Source: Spirochaetota bacterium (GTDB lineage Bacteria > Spirochaetota > UBA4802 > UBA5550). Taken from it: a DNA stretch of 64,000 bases. Of the stretch, positions 18,698 to 28,918 are shown piece by piece (position 1 is the first letter of the stretch; every line of letters begins with the position of its first letter). The stretch spans positions 1,184,001-1,248,000 of the forward strand of contig CAXXHB010000003.1 of assembly GCA_963664815.2 (NCBI GenBank), in the 5' to 3' direction. The notes beneath the pieces are model-generated. The model ran no database searches, was not told the DNA's origin, and worked only from the letters and a program-made list of their open reading frames with translations. The position numbers and the translations under genes are program-made.

Positions 18698-19608
18698 TCA
18701 AGGTTAAAAACCTGACAAAAAAATTCGGAGATATAAACGCGGTTGATAATCTCAGTTTTGATATTATGAAGGGTGAGATTTTTGGTATAGTTGGTCCTGA
18801 CGGTGCCGGAAAGAGTACTCTGCTGCGGATGATGTCGGGCATATTACTTCCGGAAAGCGGAACGGTTGAGATCAATGGTATGAATATGCAGGACAATTTG
18901 TTCCGCATAAAAGAGAGCCTTGCCTATATGCCGCAGAGATTCGGATTATATGAAGACCTTACTGTGGAGGAGAATATTATTTTTTTCGGCAGGCTTTTTG
19001 GAGTATCACGTCGTGATATCAGTAAAAGAATACCTGCTCTATATGAGTTCAGCAGGCTTGAACCTTTTAAAATGCGGCTTGCCGGAAAACTTTCCGGTGG
19101 AATGAAACAGAAGCTTGGTCTTGCATGCTCGCTTGTCCACAGCCCGGGCATTATACTGCTTGATGAACCGACGAATGGAGTTGATCCGGTTTCACGAAGA
19201 GAATTCTGGAAAATACTATATACTCTGCTTGGTGATGGTGTAACAATTGTTGTAAGTACCGCCTATCTTGACGAAGCCGAACGGTGCAATCGTGTGGCGA
19301 TGATGAACAGAGGTAAGTTTATGCGTAACAGCACCCCGGCAGAGATAAAAAGATCGATTGGCGGGATGATTCTTGAAATAATAACTGATAATGTCTGGCG
19401 TGCGGAGGAGATAATGATAAATAAGGGCTTGTACGGGAATGTTATCAGGGAGGGGAATTCACTTAAAGTATTCGTTTCATCCGGATTCGGTGATTTTGAA
19501 AAGATAAAATACCTTCTTGAACATGAGAAGCTTAGAGTATTATCGTTACGTAAAATGATTCCTACGCTTGAGAATTGTTTTATGGAGATCGTGAAAGATA
19601 ATGGCTGA
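18694..19608 (+). CDS. ABC transporter ATPase (equivalent to YbhF N-terminal half)
   Basis: GPDGAGKS, YMPQRFGLYEDL, LSGGMKQKL, LDEPTNGVDP, STAYLDEAE. Confidence 0.95.
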   Translation: MIKVKNLTKKFGDINAVDNLSFDIMKGEIFGIVGPDGAGKSTLLRMMSGILLPESGTVEINGMNMQDNLFRIKESLAYMPQRFGLYEDLTVEENIIFFGRLFGVSRRDISKRIPALYEFSRLEPFKMRLAGKLSGGMKQKLGLACSLVHSPGIILLDEPTNGVDPVSRREFWKILYTLLGDGVTIVVSTAYLDEAERCNRVAMMNRGKFMRNSTPAEIKRSIGGMILEIITDNVWRAEEIMINKGLYGNVIREGNSLKVFVSSGFGDFEKIKYLLEHEKLRVLSLRKMIPTLENCFMEIVKDNG

Positions 19609-20752
19609 TTTGAAATCGTTTGTAAGGATAGGTGCAGTAGCAGATAAAGAGTGGCTTCAGATAAGGAGAGATTTACGCAGTCTGATTTTGTCGCTTCTTA
19701 CTCCTGCTCTTCTCATTATTCTTTTCGGTTATGCTCTGACTGTTGATGTCAGGCATGTCAAGCTTCTGGTGTTTGATCAGGATAAAAGTACTGAATCAAC
19801 AAACCTTATCAGTGAGTTTGCCCATACGGAATATATTGATATTACGGGATACTGCGACAATTACCTGAGAATTGATGATGAGATTAATACCGGAAAATCA
19901 TCTCTTGCAATAGTAATTCCGCGAAACTTTGAAAATGATATGAAAACAGGGAGAAAAACAGATATACAGCTTATTGTGGATGGTTCAGATTCAACTTCGG
20001 CGACAGTCTCAACCGGATATATAAAAGCCATAGTAGCTAATTATAATATCAGTACTAAAATAAAAGAATTAAACAGGACTGGGGTGTCATCCATTGAATT
20101 GCCCCTTGATATAAGAAGCAGAATATGGTATAATCCGGAACTTCAAAGCAGAAATTTTATTATCCCGGGACTTATTGTGTTGATACTTGCGATAATATCC
20201 GCCCTTATTGCATCTCTTACCATATCCAGAGAGTGGGAACGGGGAACAATGGAAACTCTCATGACAACACCTCTTCGCCCATGGGAACTTATTGCCGGGA
20301 AGATGCTTCCCTATCTTTTTATCGGTCTGTTTGATGTATTGATGACCGCTTCAGTCGGGCATTTTCTTTTTAAAGTACCAATAAAAGGAAGCTTTGTGGA
20401 GTTTTACCTGCTCTCTCTGCTTTTCCTGACCGGTACTACCGGGTTAGGGATACTTATCTCCACAGCGACCAAAGTACAGGTACTGTCTGTTCAGGTTGCA
20501 ATGGTTGTGACATATCTGCCGACATTTATTCTTTCAGGCTTTATATTTCCGATACAGAATATGCCTGTTCTGCTTCAGGGGCTGACATACCTTATACCGG
20601 CAAAATATTTAATTATAATCGTGAAAGGTATAGCGCTTAAGGGGGTAGGTTTGACAATACTCTGGGTACAGATTGTATTTCTTTCTGGATTTACAACGCT
20701 GGTTTTGTTGATCTGTTCAAAAAAACTTAAGCTTCAGCTTGCTGATAGTTGA
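19601..20752 (+). CDS. ABC-2 permease (YbhS-like)
   Basis: KEWLQIRRD, WYNPEL, REWERGTME.L. Confidence 0.93.
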   Translation: MADLKSFVRIGAVADKEWLQIRRDLRSLILSLLTPALLIILFGYALTVDVRHVKLLVFDQDKSTESTNLISEFAHTEYIDITGYCDNYLRIDDEINTGKSSLAIVIPRNFENDMKTGRKTDIQLIVDGSDSTSATVSTGYIKAIVANYNISTKIKELNRTGVSSIELPLDIRSRIWYNPELQSRNFIIPGLIVLILAIISALIASLTISREWERGTMETLMTTPLRPWELIAGKMLPYLFIGLFDVLMTASVGHFLFKVPIKGSFVEFYLLSLLFLTGTTGLGILISTATKVQVLSVQVAMVVTYLPTFILSGFIFPIQNMPVLLQGLTYLIPAKYLIIIVKGIALKGVGLTILWVQIVFLSGFTTLVLLICSKKLKLQLADS

Positions 20753-20759
20753 GGAGAAG

Positions 20760-21923
20760 ATGAAAAATAATATTTTACGCCCTGCAATATTAAAATGTCT
20801 GATAAAAAAGGAATTTAAACAGTTATTGCGTGATAAGAGAATGAAGATGATGATTTTCGGGGCGCCGGTGCTTATGCTTATAATGTTTGGATATGCAGTC
20901 AATACTGACATTTCCGAAATTAAAATGGTAATTCTGGATAACGATAAATCCGGAGTGAGCAGGGAACTGGTGAGAAAGTTTACATCGAGTGGTTATTTTA
21001 TACATTGTGCATCTGTTGAATCATCAAAAGCAGCAGTACAATTTCTTGATAAAGGCGAAGCAGATCTTTTCATGCATATTCCGCCTGATTTTAAGGAGAA
21101 AATTTTATCCGGTAAAAAGACCGAAATGCAGATAATACTTGATGGAACAGATTCCAGCAGGGCATCAATTATTATGGCTTATATAAACCAGATATCTTCA
21201 GATTTTTCAGATGAATATCTTTCCAGGAAAATAAGGATGATGTTATTAGTAAGGAATAATGCCGGAGTAAGGTTAATGAAACCTGTATTTCTACGAGAGA
21301 GGGTGCTGTTTAATCCTGATCTTACAAGCAGAAATTTTTATCTCCCCGGTGTTCTCGGGCTTCTTGTTGCTCTGATTACAATAATGCTTACATCAATGTC
21401 TGTTGTAAAGGAGAGGGAGAGTGGTACGATGGAACAGATAATTGTATCTCCTCTTCGTCCCGCAGAGTTTGTTGCCGGCAAAACTCTACCTTTTGCAATA
21501 ATCGGTCTTGTGGAGATATGTATTATCACATTGATAACTATCACTTGGTTTAAAGTCCCGTTTAACGGAAATTTTATTTTTTTAATAATCTCCAGTCTGT
21601 TTTATATAATGTGTACATTATCGGTAGGACTTTTTATTTCAACAATTTCACAGACACAGCAGCAGGCTATGCTTTCAACTTTTCTTTTCTTTATCCCTGC
21701 AATTCTGCTGTCAGGATTCGTATTCCCTGTTTATGCCATGCCGGAAATTTTTCAGTACATTACAATTTTAAATCCCATGCGTTATTTTATGACCATAATA
21801 CGCGGAATATTTCTTAAAGGAGTCGGATTATCTGTTTTATGGACAGAACTTGCTGCTCTTACCGCTCTTGGTTCAATATTGATTTATCTCAGCATAAGAA
21901 GATTCAACAGGAGATTTGAATAA
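20760..21923 (+). CDS. ABC-2 permease (YbhR-like)
   Basis: KEFKQLLRD, FNPDL, KERESGTMEQ; ATG at 20760 with GAGGAG SD. Confidence 0.93.
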   Translation: MKNNILRPAILKCLIKKEFKQLLRDKRMKMMIFGAPVLMLIMFGYAVNTDISEIKMVILDNDKSGVSRELVRKFTSSGYFIHCASVESSKAAVQFLDKGEADLFMHIPPDFKEKILSGKKTEMQIILDGTDSSRASIIMAYINQISSDFSDEYLSRKIRMMLLVRNNAGVRLMKPVFLRERVLFNPDLTSRNFYLPGVLGLLVALITIMLTSMSVVKERESGTMEQIIVSPLRPAEFVAGKTLPFAIIGLVEICIITLITITWFKVPFNGNFIFLIISSLFYIMCTLSVGLFISTISQTQQQAMLSTFLFFIPAILLSGFVFPVYAMPEIFQYITILNPMRYFMTIIRGIFLKGVGLSVLWTELAALTALGSILIYLSIRRFNRRFE

Positions 21924-22849
21924 TGAAACTATCTGTTGAGGTGACGAATCTTACTAAACGGTTTGGTGATTTTACCGCTGTTGATAATGTCAGTTTTACT
22001 GTCAATAGAGGTGAGATATTCGGTTTTCTCGGTCCTAACGGAGCAGGGAAAAGCACAACGATCAAAATGCTCTGCGGAATCCTTTCTCCGACAGGTGGAT
22101 CCGGAATGGTTTCAGGATACGATATCGTATCCGAACAGACTTTGATAAAAAACAATATTGGGTACATGTCTCAGAAATTTTCTCTTTATCATGAATTAAC
22201 AGTCAGAGAAAATCTTGAGTTTTTCGGAAGTATATATGGACTTTCGTGGAAAATACTTATGGATCGCATTGAATATGTCAGAGAAATGGCTGGAATCGGG
22301 AACAGAATGGATTCAAAAGTTGACATTCTTCCAGGTGGAATTAAACAGAGGCTGGCACTGGGCGCAGCAATACTTCATGATCCGCCGGTACTGTTTCTTG
22401 ATGAACCGACATCCGGAGTTGATCCAGTAATGCGGAGGAATTTCTGGGAACTTATTTATGATTTTTCTCGTAAGGGTAAAACTATTTTTGTTACAACGCA
22501 TTACATGGATGAGGCAGAGCACTGCAATCGTATGGCGCTTGTTATTGCCGGAAGGATCATAGCGCTTGATACACCTGATAATCTTAAACAGGCACTTCCA
22601 TATAACGTCTATGCACTGCAGGTGGATAATTTTATAAATGTTTTTGATAAAATAACAAAGCTTGATTTCATTGAAGAGGCTGCAATATTCGGAAGCGATA
22701 TTCATATTCTCTGTAAAAAAAAATATAAATTAAAAAATGAACTTGGTAAAGCACTCAAACTAAACGGGATAACAGATTACAGACTGTATCAGATTCATGC
22801 CACGCTTGAAGATGTTTTTGTGACACATGCAAGAAGAATGGGAGTATGA
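21923..22849 (+). CDS. ABC transporter ATPase (equivalent to YbhF C-terminal half)
   Basis: GPNGAGKS, YMSQKFSLY, LPGGIKQRL, DEPTSGVDP, TTHYMDEAE. Confidence 0.95.
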   Translation: MKLSVEVTNLTKRFGDFTAVDNVSFTVNRGEIFGFLGPNGAGKSTTIKMLCGILSPTGGSGMVSGYDIVSEQTLIKNNIGYMSQKFSLYHELTVRENLEFFGSIYGLSWKILMDRIEYVREMAGIGNRMDSKVDILPGGIKQRLALGAAILHDPPVLFLDEPTSGVDPVMRRNFWELIYDFSRKGKTIFVTTHYMDEAEHCNRMALVIAGRIIALDTPDNLKQALPYNVYALQVDNFINVFDKITKLDFIEEAAIFGSDIHILCKKKYKLKNELGKALKLNGITDYRLYQIHATLEDVFVTHARRMGV

Positions 22850-23180
22850 TTAACGTTAAGAGCGGATACTGATGGTTAAATACAGGCTGTTTACTTGTTT
22901 TCGGTTTACATGATGAATCGGGAAAAATAATAACCTCCAGGACGAGCCATATGTTGTGATTTTATCCGCTACACGATGATTGGTATGAATATGTGACTCC
23001 TGAAGTAATATTTTATAAAAATAAAAATGAATTTTAATTGTCAAATAGTATATGTAAAATAATAAGATTACTAAAATGTAATTAATCTTCATGTTTAATA
23101 AAATATCAGAAGCATTGAAAAAGTTAATCTAAAGATATTTATTTGAGAATAATTGTGAAAATGTTGCAGGGAGAGGGAAT

Positions 23181-23543
23181 ATGTCGTACCATCTGTTGAA
23201 TGTTGAAAATTTGGATTACTATTATTGTGATGATCTTGTATGGATTACCGCATTGGATACTGCCCGGAAAAACGGCTGGAAACCTGATGGAACACTATTT
23301 GATTATGTATATGAGACAGATGATATTTGTTTCGATATAGATGATGAAATGTATTATATGTGGATGATGATTCTTTCTAAAATTGAGTTTCACGAGTGGG
23401 ATGGAAGTTATCATGAAAAGAGAAATCAGATTGTGATGTATGAGGATACAATATATTTTGCTGCCTGTCTTGAGGGAACCGGCACAGATGAAAACCTTAT
23501 AGAGTTTATTAAAAAGGGGAGTTTTCGTATCTGTTCAGAATGA
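23181..23543 (+). CDS. Hypothetical acidic protein
   Basis: 120-aa D/E/Y-rich ORF with strong SD GGGAGAGGG. Confidence 0.75.
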   Translation: MSYHLLNVENLDYYYCDDLVWITALDTARKNGWKPDGTLFDYVYETDDICFDIDDEMYYMWMMILSKIEFHEWDGSYHEKRNQIVMYEDTIYFAACLEGTGTDENLIEFIKKGSFRICSE

Positions 23544-23546
23544 GTG

Positions 23547-23882
23547 TTAATCATGTATGTTTTCCGGAAAGACATCAACAACTTTCCGGATTAGATTTGT
23601 ACACATCTCCCTCAGGCTTGCTGATCTTCTGTATAAAGTATCAAAGTAGCTGTTATCAGGATTTTTTGAATATATGGATAAAAGTTTTGTTTCATATTTA
23701 AAAAGATGGGCTTCAAGGTTTTTTATATGGAAAAGATCCTCATCACCTTCGTCAATTATTACAGCAGTAATTCTGTCCAGCAGATCATTTTCATGCATTA
23801 ATCCTTTAATATCTTCTACCTGGGAAAGAAAATCTCTGCACATGAAGGCTATGGTTTTCTGATAATCTGATCCTTCTTTCAT
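23547..23882 (-). CDS. Hypothetical helical protein
   Basis: Start trimmed to MKEGSDY (SD AAAAGG); the longer start lies inside a terminator hairpin. Confidence 0.65.
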   Translation of the reverse strand: MKEGSDYQKTIAFMCRDFLSQVEDIKGLMHENDLLDRITAVIIDEGDEDLFHIKNLEAHLFKYETKLLSIYSKNPDNSYFDTLYRRSASLREMCTNLIRKVVDVFPENIHD

Positions 23883-23900
23883 TGTATTGTGCCTTTTAAG

Positions 23901-23931
23901 TAAAATAAAATTGCCGCAATTATGCGGCAAT
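23901..23931 (-). terminator. Intrinsic terminator after the TPR gene
   Basis: ATTGCCGCA-N4-TGCGGCAAT then TTTATTTT on the minus strand. Confidence 0.7.
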
Positions 23932-23963
23932 ATGGATTTACAGTCAATTATTTGTTAAATGAA

Positions 23964-24827
23964 TTATTTTTTTTGTGAAAGCATATGTTTTTTATATTCT
24001 TTTACAATTTCCTCTGCTTTAACATTTTCACCTTTAAAAACGTAAAGCATACTCAATCTGGTAACATCTTTCAGGTGCATTGATTTTTTCATCATCAAAT
24101 CCTCAAGAACTCTAATAGCTGCATCTACATCGCCAATTTCTTTGATCTTATTTTCGTAAGTAAGACTTTCAAGATATGATCTGAACTTATCGTATTCAGG
24201 GTGCATAGAAACTGCATTTTTGAGATACTTTACTGCATCAGTATATCTCCCCAGATGGTAGCTGCAGAAACCATAATATTTGTTAATGAAGCTTTTATCA
24301 TCAGCTATATCTTTGATGGCATCGAGGCATTCAATTGATTTTAAATATTCTTTTTTCTCATAGTAAATATGTGAAAGCATATAATTGGCTTTAATATGTT
24401 TACTGTCAGTGGCGATAACATTCAGAAGATATTTTTCTGCTTTAATATATTTTCTCAGGTTGTAGAATGAGAGACCGGTATAATAATTTCCTTCATGAAA
24501 ATCCGGTTTTTGTTTTATTGAATCAAGAAAATATGTAAGAGCTGAATCGTAATTTCCATTATTATAGTATTCAACACCGAGGTTCAGAAGAACTTTGTAG
24601 TTTTTATCGATATTGAGTGCCTTATTATAGGTGGTTATGGCTAGTTCACTTTTACCCATAATTGAGTAAATTTCGCCCATGTTGTTGTATGCTTCGATAA
24701 AATAGGGATACATCTTTATTGCTCTCTGGTATTCAGAAATAGCTGTCGGCAGATCTCCTCTATGTGTCTTTTCGAGTGCATTGTTGTAAATTGTAATTGC
24801 TTCAGCAGGCATTGCGTTTGTATTCAT
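23964..24827 (-). CDS. Tetratricopeptide repeat protein
   Basis: Multiple TPR units (AYNNMGEIY..G..ELAI..Y.KAL; NLGVEYY). Confidence 0.9.
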   Translation of the reverse strand: MNTNAMPAEAITIYNNALEKTHRGDLPTAISEYQRAIKMYPYFIEAYNNMGEIYSIMGKSELAITTYNKALNIDKNYKVLLNLGVEYYNNGNYDSALTYFLDSIKQKPDFHEGNYYTGLSFYNLRKYIKAEKYLLNVIATDSKHIKANYMLSHIYYEKKEYLKSIECLDAIKDIADDKSFINKYYGFCSYHLGRYTDAVKYLKNAVSMHPEYDKFRSYLESLTYENKIKEIGDVDAAIRVLEDLMMKKSMHLKDVTRLSMLYVFKGENVKAEEIVKEYKKHMLSQKK

Positions 24828-24966
24828 AATTGTGTAACCTCTTCAAGAGAAATAATCAGTTTCCGGGTATCTGGTAAAATTATCGGTATTTGAATTTTTT
24901 TATAAAGATAAAATAATGAATGTTTTTCATCTTTTTTTCAGCTATTATACCACAATAGTACAAATG

Positions 24967-24996
24967 GCTTGACATTCGAAAAAGTATTGGTATTTT
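24967..24996 (+). promoter_or_regulatory. Sigma70 extended -10 promoter of the cyclase-1 operon
   Basis: GCTTGACAT-N12-TGGTATTTT. Confidence 0.65.
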
Positions 24997-25090
24997 ATAT
25001 TCAAAATATCTCTCTTTAGATAAATCTGAGTTATTTCTTTTATATCAGATATCATCTTCAAGTATAATAAAACTGCGGGGTAAAAGAAAA

Positions 25091-26782
25091 ATGTTTGGCA
25101 GGAAAGTAAATAATACAAGGGTAGTTAGAGTAACAACAAAGATTGTCCTTACTTTTACCCTTTTTATTCTTTTATCAAATCTCGCTTCTAATTATGTAAA
25201 TCTTCTTTTCAACCGCTCAGAACTTCTTCAGTTGATGAACCAGTTATTGATTAAGGATCTTAAAACTATGTATTCCTACTGTAATAATCAGTATGAGATA
25301 TATGTATTTGATCAGAAATTTGAAGAGTCAATGAAAAGCATAGAGAATAAGGGTCTGAATGAGATTAAAAACAAGAAAGCGGTTGTTCTTGGAATAAAAA
25401 AAGATGGAAAACTGCAGTTTCAGGCATCAAGAGTCCAGAGATATGAGAAATTCGGTGATCAGGCTGCAGTTAAGTTCATGGAATCAAATATTAAAAGTCA
25501 GGATGGAGAGGGTAGTGAAGGACATCTGAATTTTATGTTTAATAATGAGCAATATTTCGGAATGTTTAAATATAACCAGAAATGGGATATGTTTATTCTT
25601 CGTGGGGAAGAAAAGAACGAATTTTTCAGGGAATCAAGAGTTATATTTGTACAGATAAGCGCGATAATTGTTTTCATAACTCTTTTATCGGCATTGCTTG
25701 GAATATTCGTACTGAGAAGGATTCTCAGGTTTATTGATGTTATAACAAATTCAATTATGAATATGATTGAGACAAAGGAACTGACTCTTATTGATCTGAA
25801 AGGGGCGGTTAATGATGATATAACTTACATGGGCACGGCTTTTAACTCACTCTCAAATACTGTTGGAAATCTGGTTCATATTTTTGAAAAATTTGCAAAT
25901 CAGGATATAGTATCAAAAGCATATCAGGACAGAGAGGTTAAGCTTGAGGGAACAAGACGTGAATTGACGATACTGTTTTCAGATATAAAGAGTTTCACTT
26001 TTATCACAGAAGTTCTTGGAAATGATATTATCAAGCTTCTTAATATGCATTATGACAGGGCAATCAGGGAGATTATCAGATATGACGGAGTAATTGGATC
26101 GATTATCGGTGATGCTCTTCTTGCCGTTTATGGTGCTCTGGATGATTCTGAAGGCAATAAATCATATCAGGCAGTATTATCTGGATACAAACTTCACGAA
26201 GTAACAGAACTTCTCAGACTCAGAATGGAAAAAATTAAGAATGAACTTGAAGAGGAAAAAGGGAAACTCAATAAAGATGAGCTTCAGATATATAAAGCCG
26301 TACTCCTTGACATCGGAGTTGGAATAGACGGTGGGAGTGTTTTTTACGGAACTCTTGGTTCTTATGTGCGTATGACAAATACTGTAATTGGTGATAATGT
26401 CAATGCTGCTTCCAGAATGGAGGGACTTACAAGAATTTATAAAGTGCCTGTAATCTGCTCGGAATATGTAAAGAATGATATTGAATCAAATGTGGCGGAT
26501 CACGGAATATATTTTCTTGAGTTAGACCGTGTCATGGTTAAAGGTAAAACTAAAACACAGCAGGTATACTGGCCTATTCTTGAAACTGAAATGGATGAAA
26601 AATTGAAAAAGGATATTGCAGTTTTTGAATTGGCTCTTGAGCTTTATTATAAAGGAAAATGGGCTGATGCCCGAAAACAGTTTAGTAAATGCAGCCTGAG
26701 GCTTGCAGATATATTCAAAGAAAGGACTCAAGAAAAATGTCCGAGTAACTGGAACGGTGTATGGCAAATGACAACGAAGTAA
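25091..26782 (+). CDS. Membrane class III nucleotide cyclase (TM, periplasmic sensor, TM, HAMP-like, CYC) with atypical specificity residue
   Basis: LFSDIKSFT, GSIIGDA, GIDGG, TVIGDNVNAASRMEG, VMVKGK. Confidence 0.9.
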   Translation: MFGRKVNNTRVVRVTTKIVLTFTLFILLSNLASNYVNLLFNRSELLQLMNQLLIKDLKTMYSYCNNQYEIYVFDQKFEESMKSIENKGLNEIKNKKAVVLGIKKDGKLQFQASRVQRYEKFGDQAAVKFMESNIKSQDGEGSEGHLNFMFNNEQYFGMFKYNQKWDMFILRGEEKNEFFRESRVIFVQISAIIVFITLLSALLGIFVLRRILRFIDVITNSIMNMIETKELTLIDLKGAVNDDITYMGTAFNSLSNTVGNLVHIFEKFANQDIVSKAYQDREVKLEGTRRELTILFSDIKSFTFITEVLGNDIIKLLNMHYDRAIREIIRYDGVIGSIIGDALLAVYGALDDSEGNKSYQAVLSGYKLHEVTELLRLRMEKIKNELEEEKGKLNKDELQIYKAVLLDIGVGIDGGSVFYGTLGSYVRMTNTVIGDNVNAASRMEGLTRIYKVPVICSEYVKNDIESNVADHGIYFLELDRVMVKGKTKTQQVYWPILETEMDEKLKKDIAVFELALELYYKGKWADARKQFSKCSLRLADIFKERTQEKCPSNWNGVWQMTTK

Positions 26783-28083
26783 AAAAAGATTTAGCTCCTC
26801 TCGGTTCAAAATTTCTTCCGGCAGAAATAGCAAATATTGACGGCGGTAGAGAAGTTTATTCTCTTGAGAATGAATTTTCCACAACTAAAAAGAATAAAAA
26901 CTGGATGGTTTATATCATTGTATTGATATTTATATTGCTCATAGCAGCATTTACCTCTTTTTTTACATATTATGCAAGTGAAAAAGATAAAAATATTGAT
27001 ATCAGTATAAGTGAATTTAATGATCTGAGACTCAAGGAGATTCTGAATTCCTCCAGGCTGGCAGAAAACAATATTCAGATCAGAAATAATGAATTACAGG
27101 CCCTTATAGTTGAGATGAAAAATCAGATTCTGGAAATTAACAACAGGTATCTGATAAAAGAAAACTCCATCCTTGATAAAGGAATGGCAGTTGCTGCAAC
27201 AAATGAAAGAATCAGTGAGTTGAAAGGTGCTGAGCAGGGTGAAATAAACAAAGTAAAGGCTCAATATGAATCAAAGATCAATGAGAAGAGAAATCAGATC
27301 AGCAGAATACAGGCAGAGAAAAGGGCTGAAGAGATAAAGCTTGAGAAAGCGAGAAAGGGAATTGGTAATATTGGTGATGAAAGTAAAGTTTATGAGATGA
27401 ATATGAAAAATTTATCCGAAGCTTCTCAAAGCGGACTCACCATGATGGCTGATTATTACAACAGATATGTCAATTATATAATTCTTAAATACAATCCCGT
27501 CTTTTCAACAAATGATCTGAAGGTCAATCTTGAAAAGAACAGTAAAAAAAATGAGAGTAAAAATCTCAGAGATTTTGATGAACTGTTTCAGAAAGAGAAT
27601 GTGATCAGCAGAAAGCGTTTTGATGATCTTCGTGTAAAAATATCTGAACATGATCTGCTTCTCCAGAGGCTTATTGGAGTAGGATATGAAAACTCCATCC
27701 CACCTGCATTGAAAAGTATAGATAATCTTTCTTCATCGATTGTCAATGATTATGAAAATCTCTGGTTCGGTCTCGTGTCTACCGTTAAACAGAAAAATTC
27801 CCAGATAGAAGATTATAAAATAGCACTTGATGCAGTTTTAAAAGAGCGACCTGAAAGCGGATATATAATATCTTCTGAAAATTCTTCAAAAATATCTATA
27901 CATATTAACAGATTGCTGACTGTGAAGGAAGGGGATACAGGTCTTGTATTCCGTACTGATGATAAGTATATAGGAAAAATTGAGTTCTATAAAACTGCAG
28001 ATGGCATGAAAGCTAAAGTTGTAAGTCTTGCAGGATCAAATAAACTGAAACCATTTGACAGAATACTAATTAAGATTAAGTAG
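26761..28083 (+). CDS. Single-TM protein with long periplasmic coiled coil and C-terminal beta domain
   Basis: TM at about aa 49-70, heptad-rich middle, beta-rich end VKEGDTGLVFR..IGKIEF..AKVV; overlaps the cyclase stop. Confidence 0.8.
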   Translation: MANDNEVKKDLAPLGSKFLPAEIANIDGGREVYSLENEFSTTKKNKNWMVYIIVLIFILLIAAFTSFFTYYASEKDKNIDISISEFNDLRLKEILNSSRLAENNIQIRNNELQALIVEMKNQILEINNRYLIKENSILDKGMAVAATNERISELKGAEQGEINKVKAQYESKINEKRNQISRIQAEKRAEEIKLEKARKGIGNIGDESKVYEMNMKNLSEASQSGLTMMADYYNRYVNYIILKYNPVFSTNDLKVNLEKNSKKNESKNLRDFDELFQKENVISRKRFDDLRVKISEHDLLLQRLIGVGYENSIPPALKSIDNLSSSIVNDYENLWFGLVSTVKQKNSQIEDYKIALDAVLKERPESGYIISSENSSKISIHINRLLTVKEGDTGLVFRTDDKYIGKIEFYKTADGMKAKVVSLAGSNKLKPFDRILIKIK

Positions 28084-28090
28084 GTTTAAG

Positions 28091-28918
28091 ATGAAAAGAA
28101 AAGGATTTTGCATTTTAATATTTTTTATTATGTTCATTACTAATGCAGTGGCATATGATTGGAAATCTGCTGGTTTTGAAAAAACAGATTCAGGTGTAAC
28201 CGGCGATGAAAATTACTTAATGTTAAAAGACAGTAATTCTACAGTTTTAAAAATAAGATTCCAGGGTGAGCTGACAGATGCATGGGCTGTAAAGATTGTT
28301 GAGTTAAACAAGAAATTTTCTGAGTGGAAATATATGAAGCCTGATAATATAGATTATTTTATCACTGGTGAATCACTCGAAATTTTGATTATACCATCGG
28401 TTTTTAAATACCTCGAAAATGATTTTATACCATATATGCCCAGCGGCATGACATTTATATATGATTATGCGCTCAGGTATAATTTTCGCGTTACAAAAAA
28501 TGAAATATTTTTACGACTGAATGACAAGTTTATGGATGAGGAGTCACTCTGCAAAAGAATGAAAGAAGCGCTGGATGATCCAATTGCATATTTGAAAAAA
28601 AGAGAACCTGAATACTTTCTCCAGAAGTTAAATGAACTCGAAGAGAGTATGATTGAACTTAAAAATAATCACACTAAAAATAAGGATAGTCAGGATAAAC
28701 TTATCCAGTCAGTATTATATTTCCAGAACAAAGGATTTCTTGGTTTTGGTAATTCGCCGGTAAAAAGTAATGTCATTAAAAGGGTGATTGAGCTAAAAAC
28801 TGCTGATGCAAAAATCGATTTAAAAAAGATAAAAGAAACTCTTGATAAAGAAAAAATTGAAGCTACAAACAAGGAGGTAGAACTTATTTTAAATGTTTTC
28901 TATAATGAGTTTTACTGA
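28091..28918 (+). CDS. Exported hypothetical protein
   Basis: Signal peptide ending AVA; 275 aa; 7 nt downstream of the previous gene. Confidence 0.8.
   Translation: MKRKGFCILIFFIMFITNAVAYDWKSAGFEKTDSGVTGDENYLMLKDSNSTVLKIRFQGELTDAWAVKIVELNKKFSEWKYMKPDNIDYFITGESLEILIIPSVFKYLENDFIPYMPSGMTFIYDYALRYNFRVTKNEIFLRLNDKFMDEESLCKRMKEALDDPIAYLKKREPEYFLQKLNELEESMIELKNNHTKNKDSQDKLIQSVLYFQNKGFLGFGNSPVKSNVIKRVIELKTADAKIDLKKIKETLDKEKIEATNKEVELILNVFYNEFY

Noticed and set aside
22856-23092. 78-aa minus-strand ORF
   Set aside because: N-terminus is low-complexity AT-rich promoter DNA; no RBS.
24880-24906. Sigma28-like -10 box (ACCGATAA) upstream of the TPR gene
   Set aside because: No acceptable -35 box at the right spacing.
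25091-28918. Pycsar-type anti-phage system
   Set aside because: The cyclase is a membrane receptor type, and no cyclic-nucleotide-binding TIR/TM effector is adjacent.
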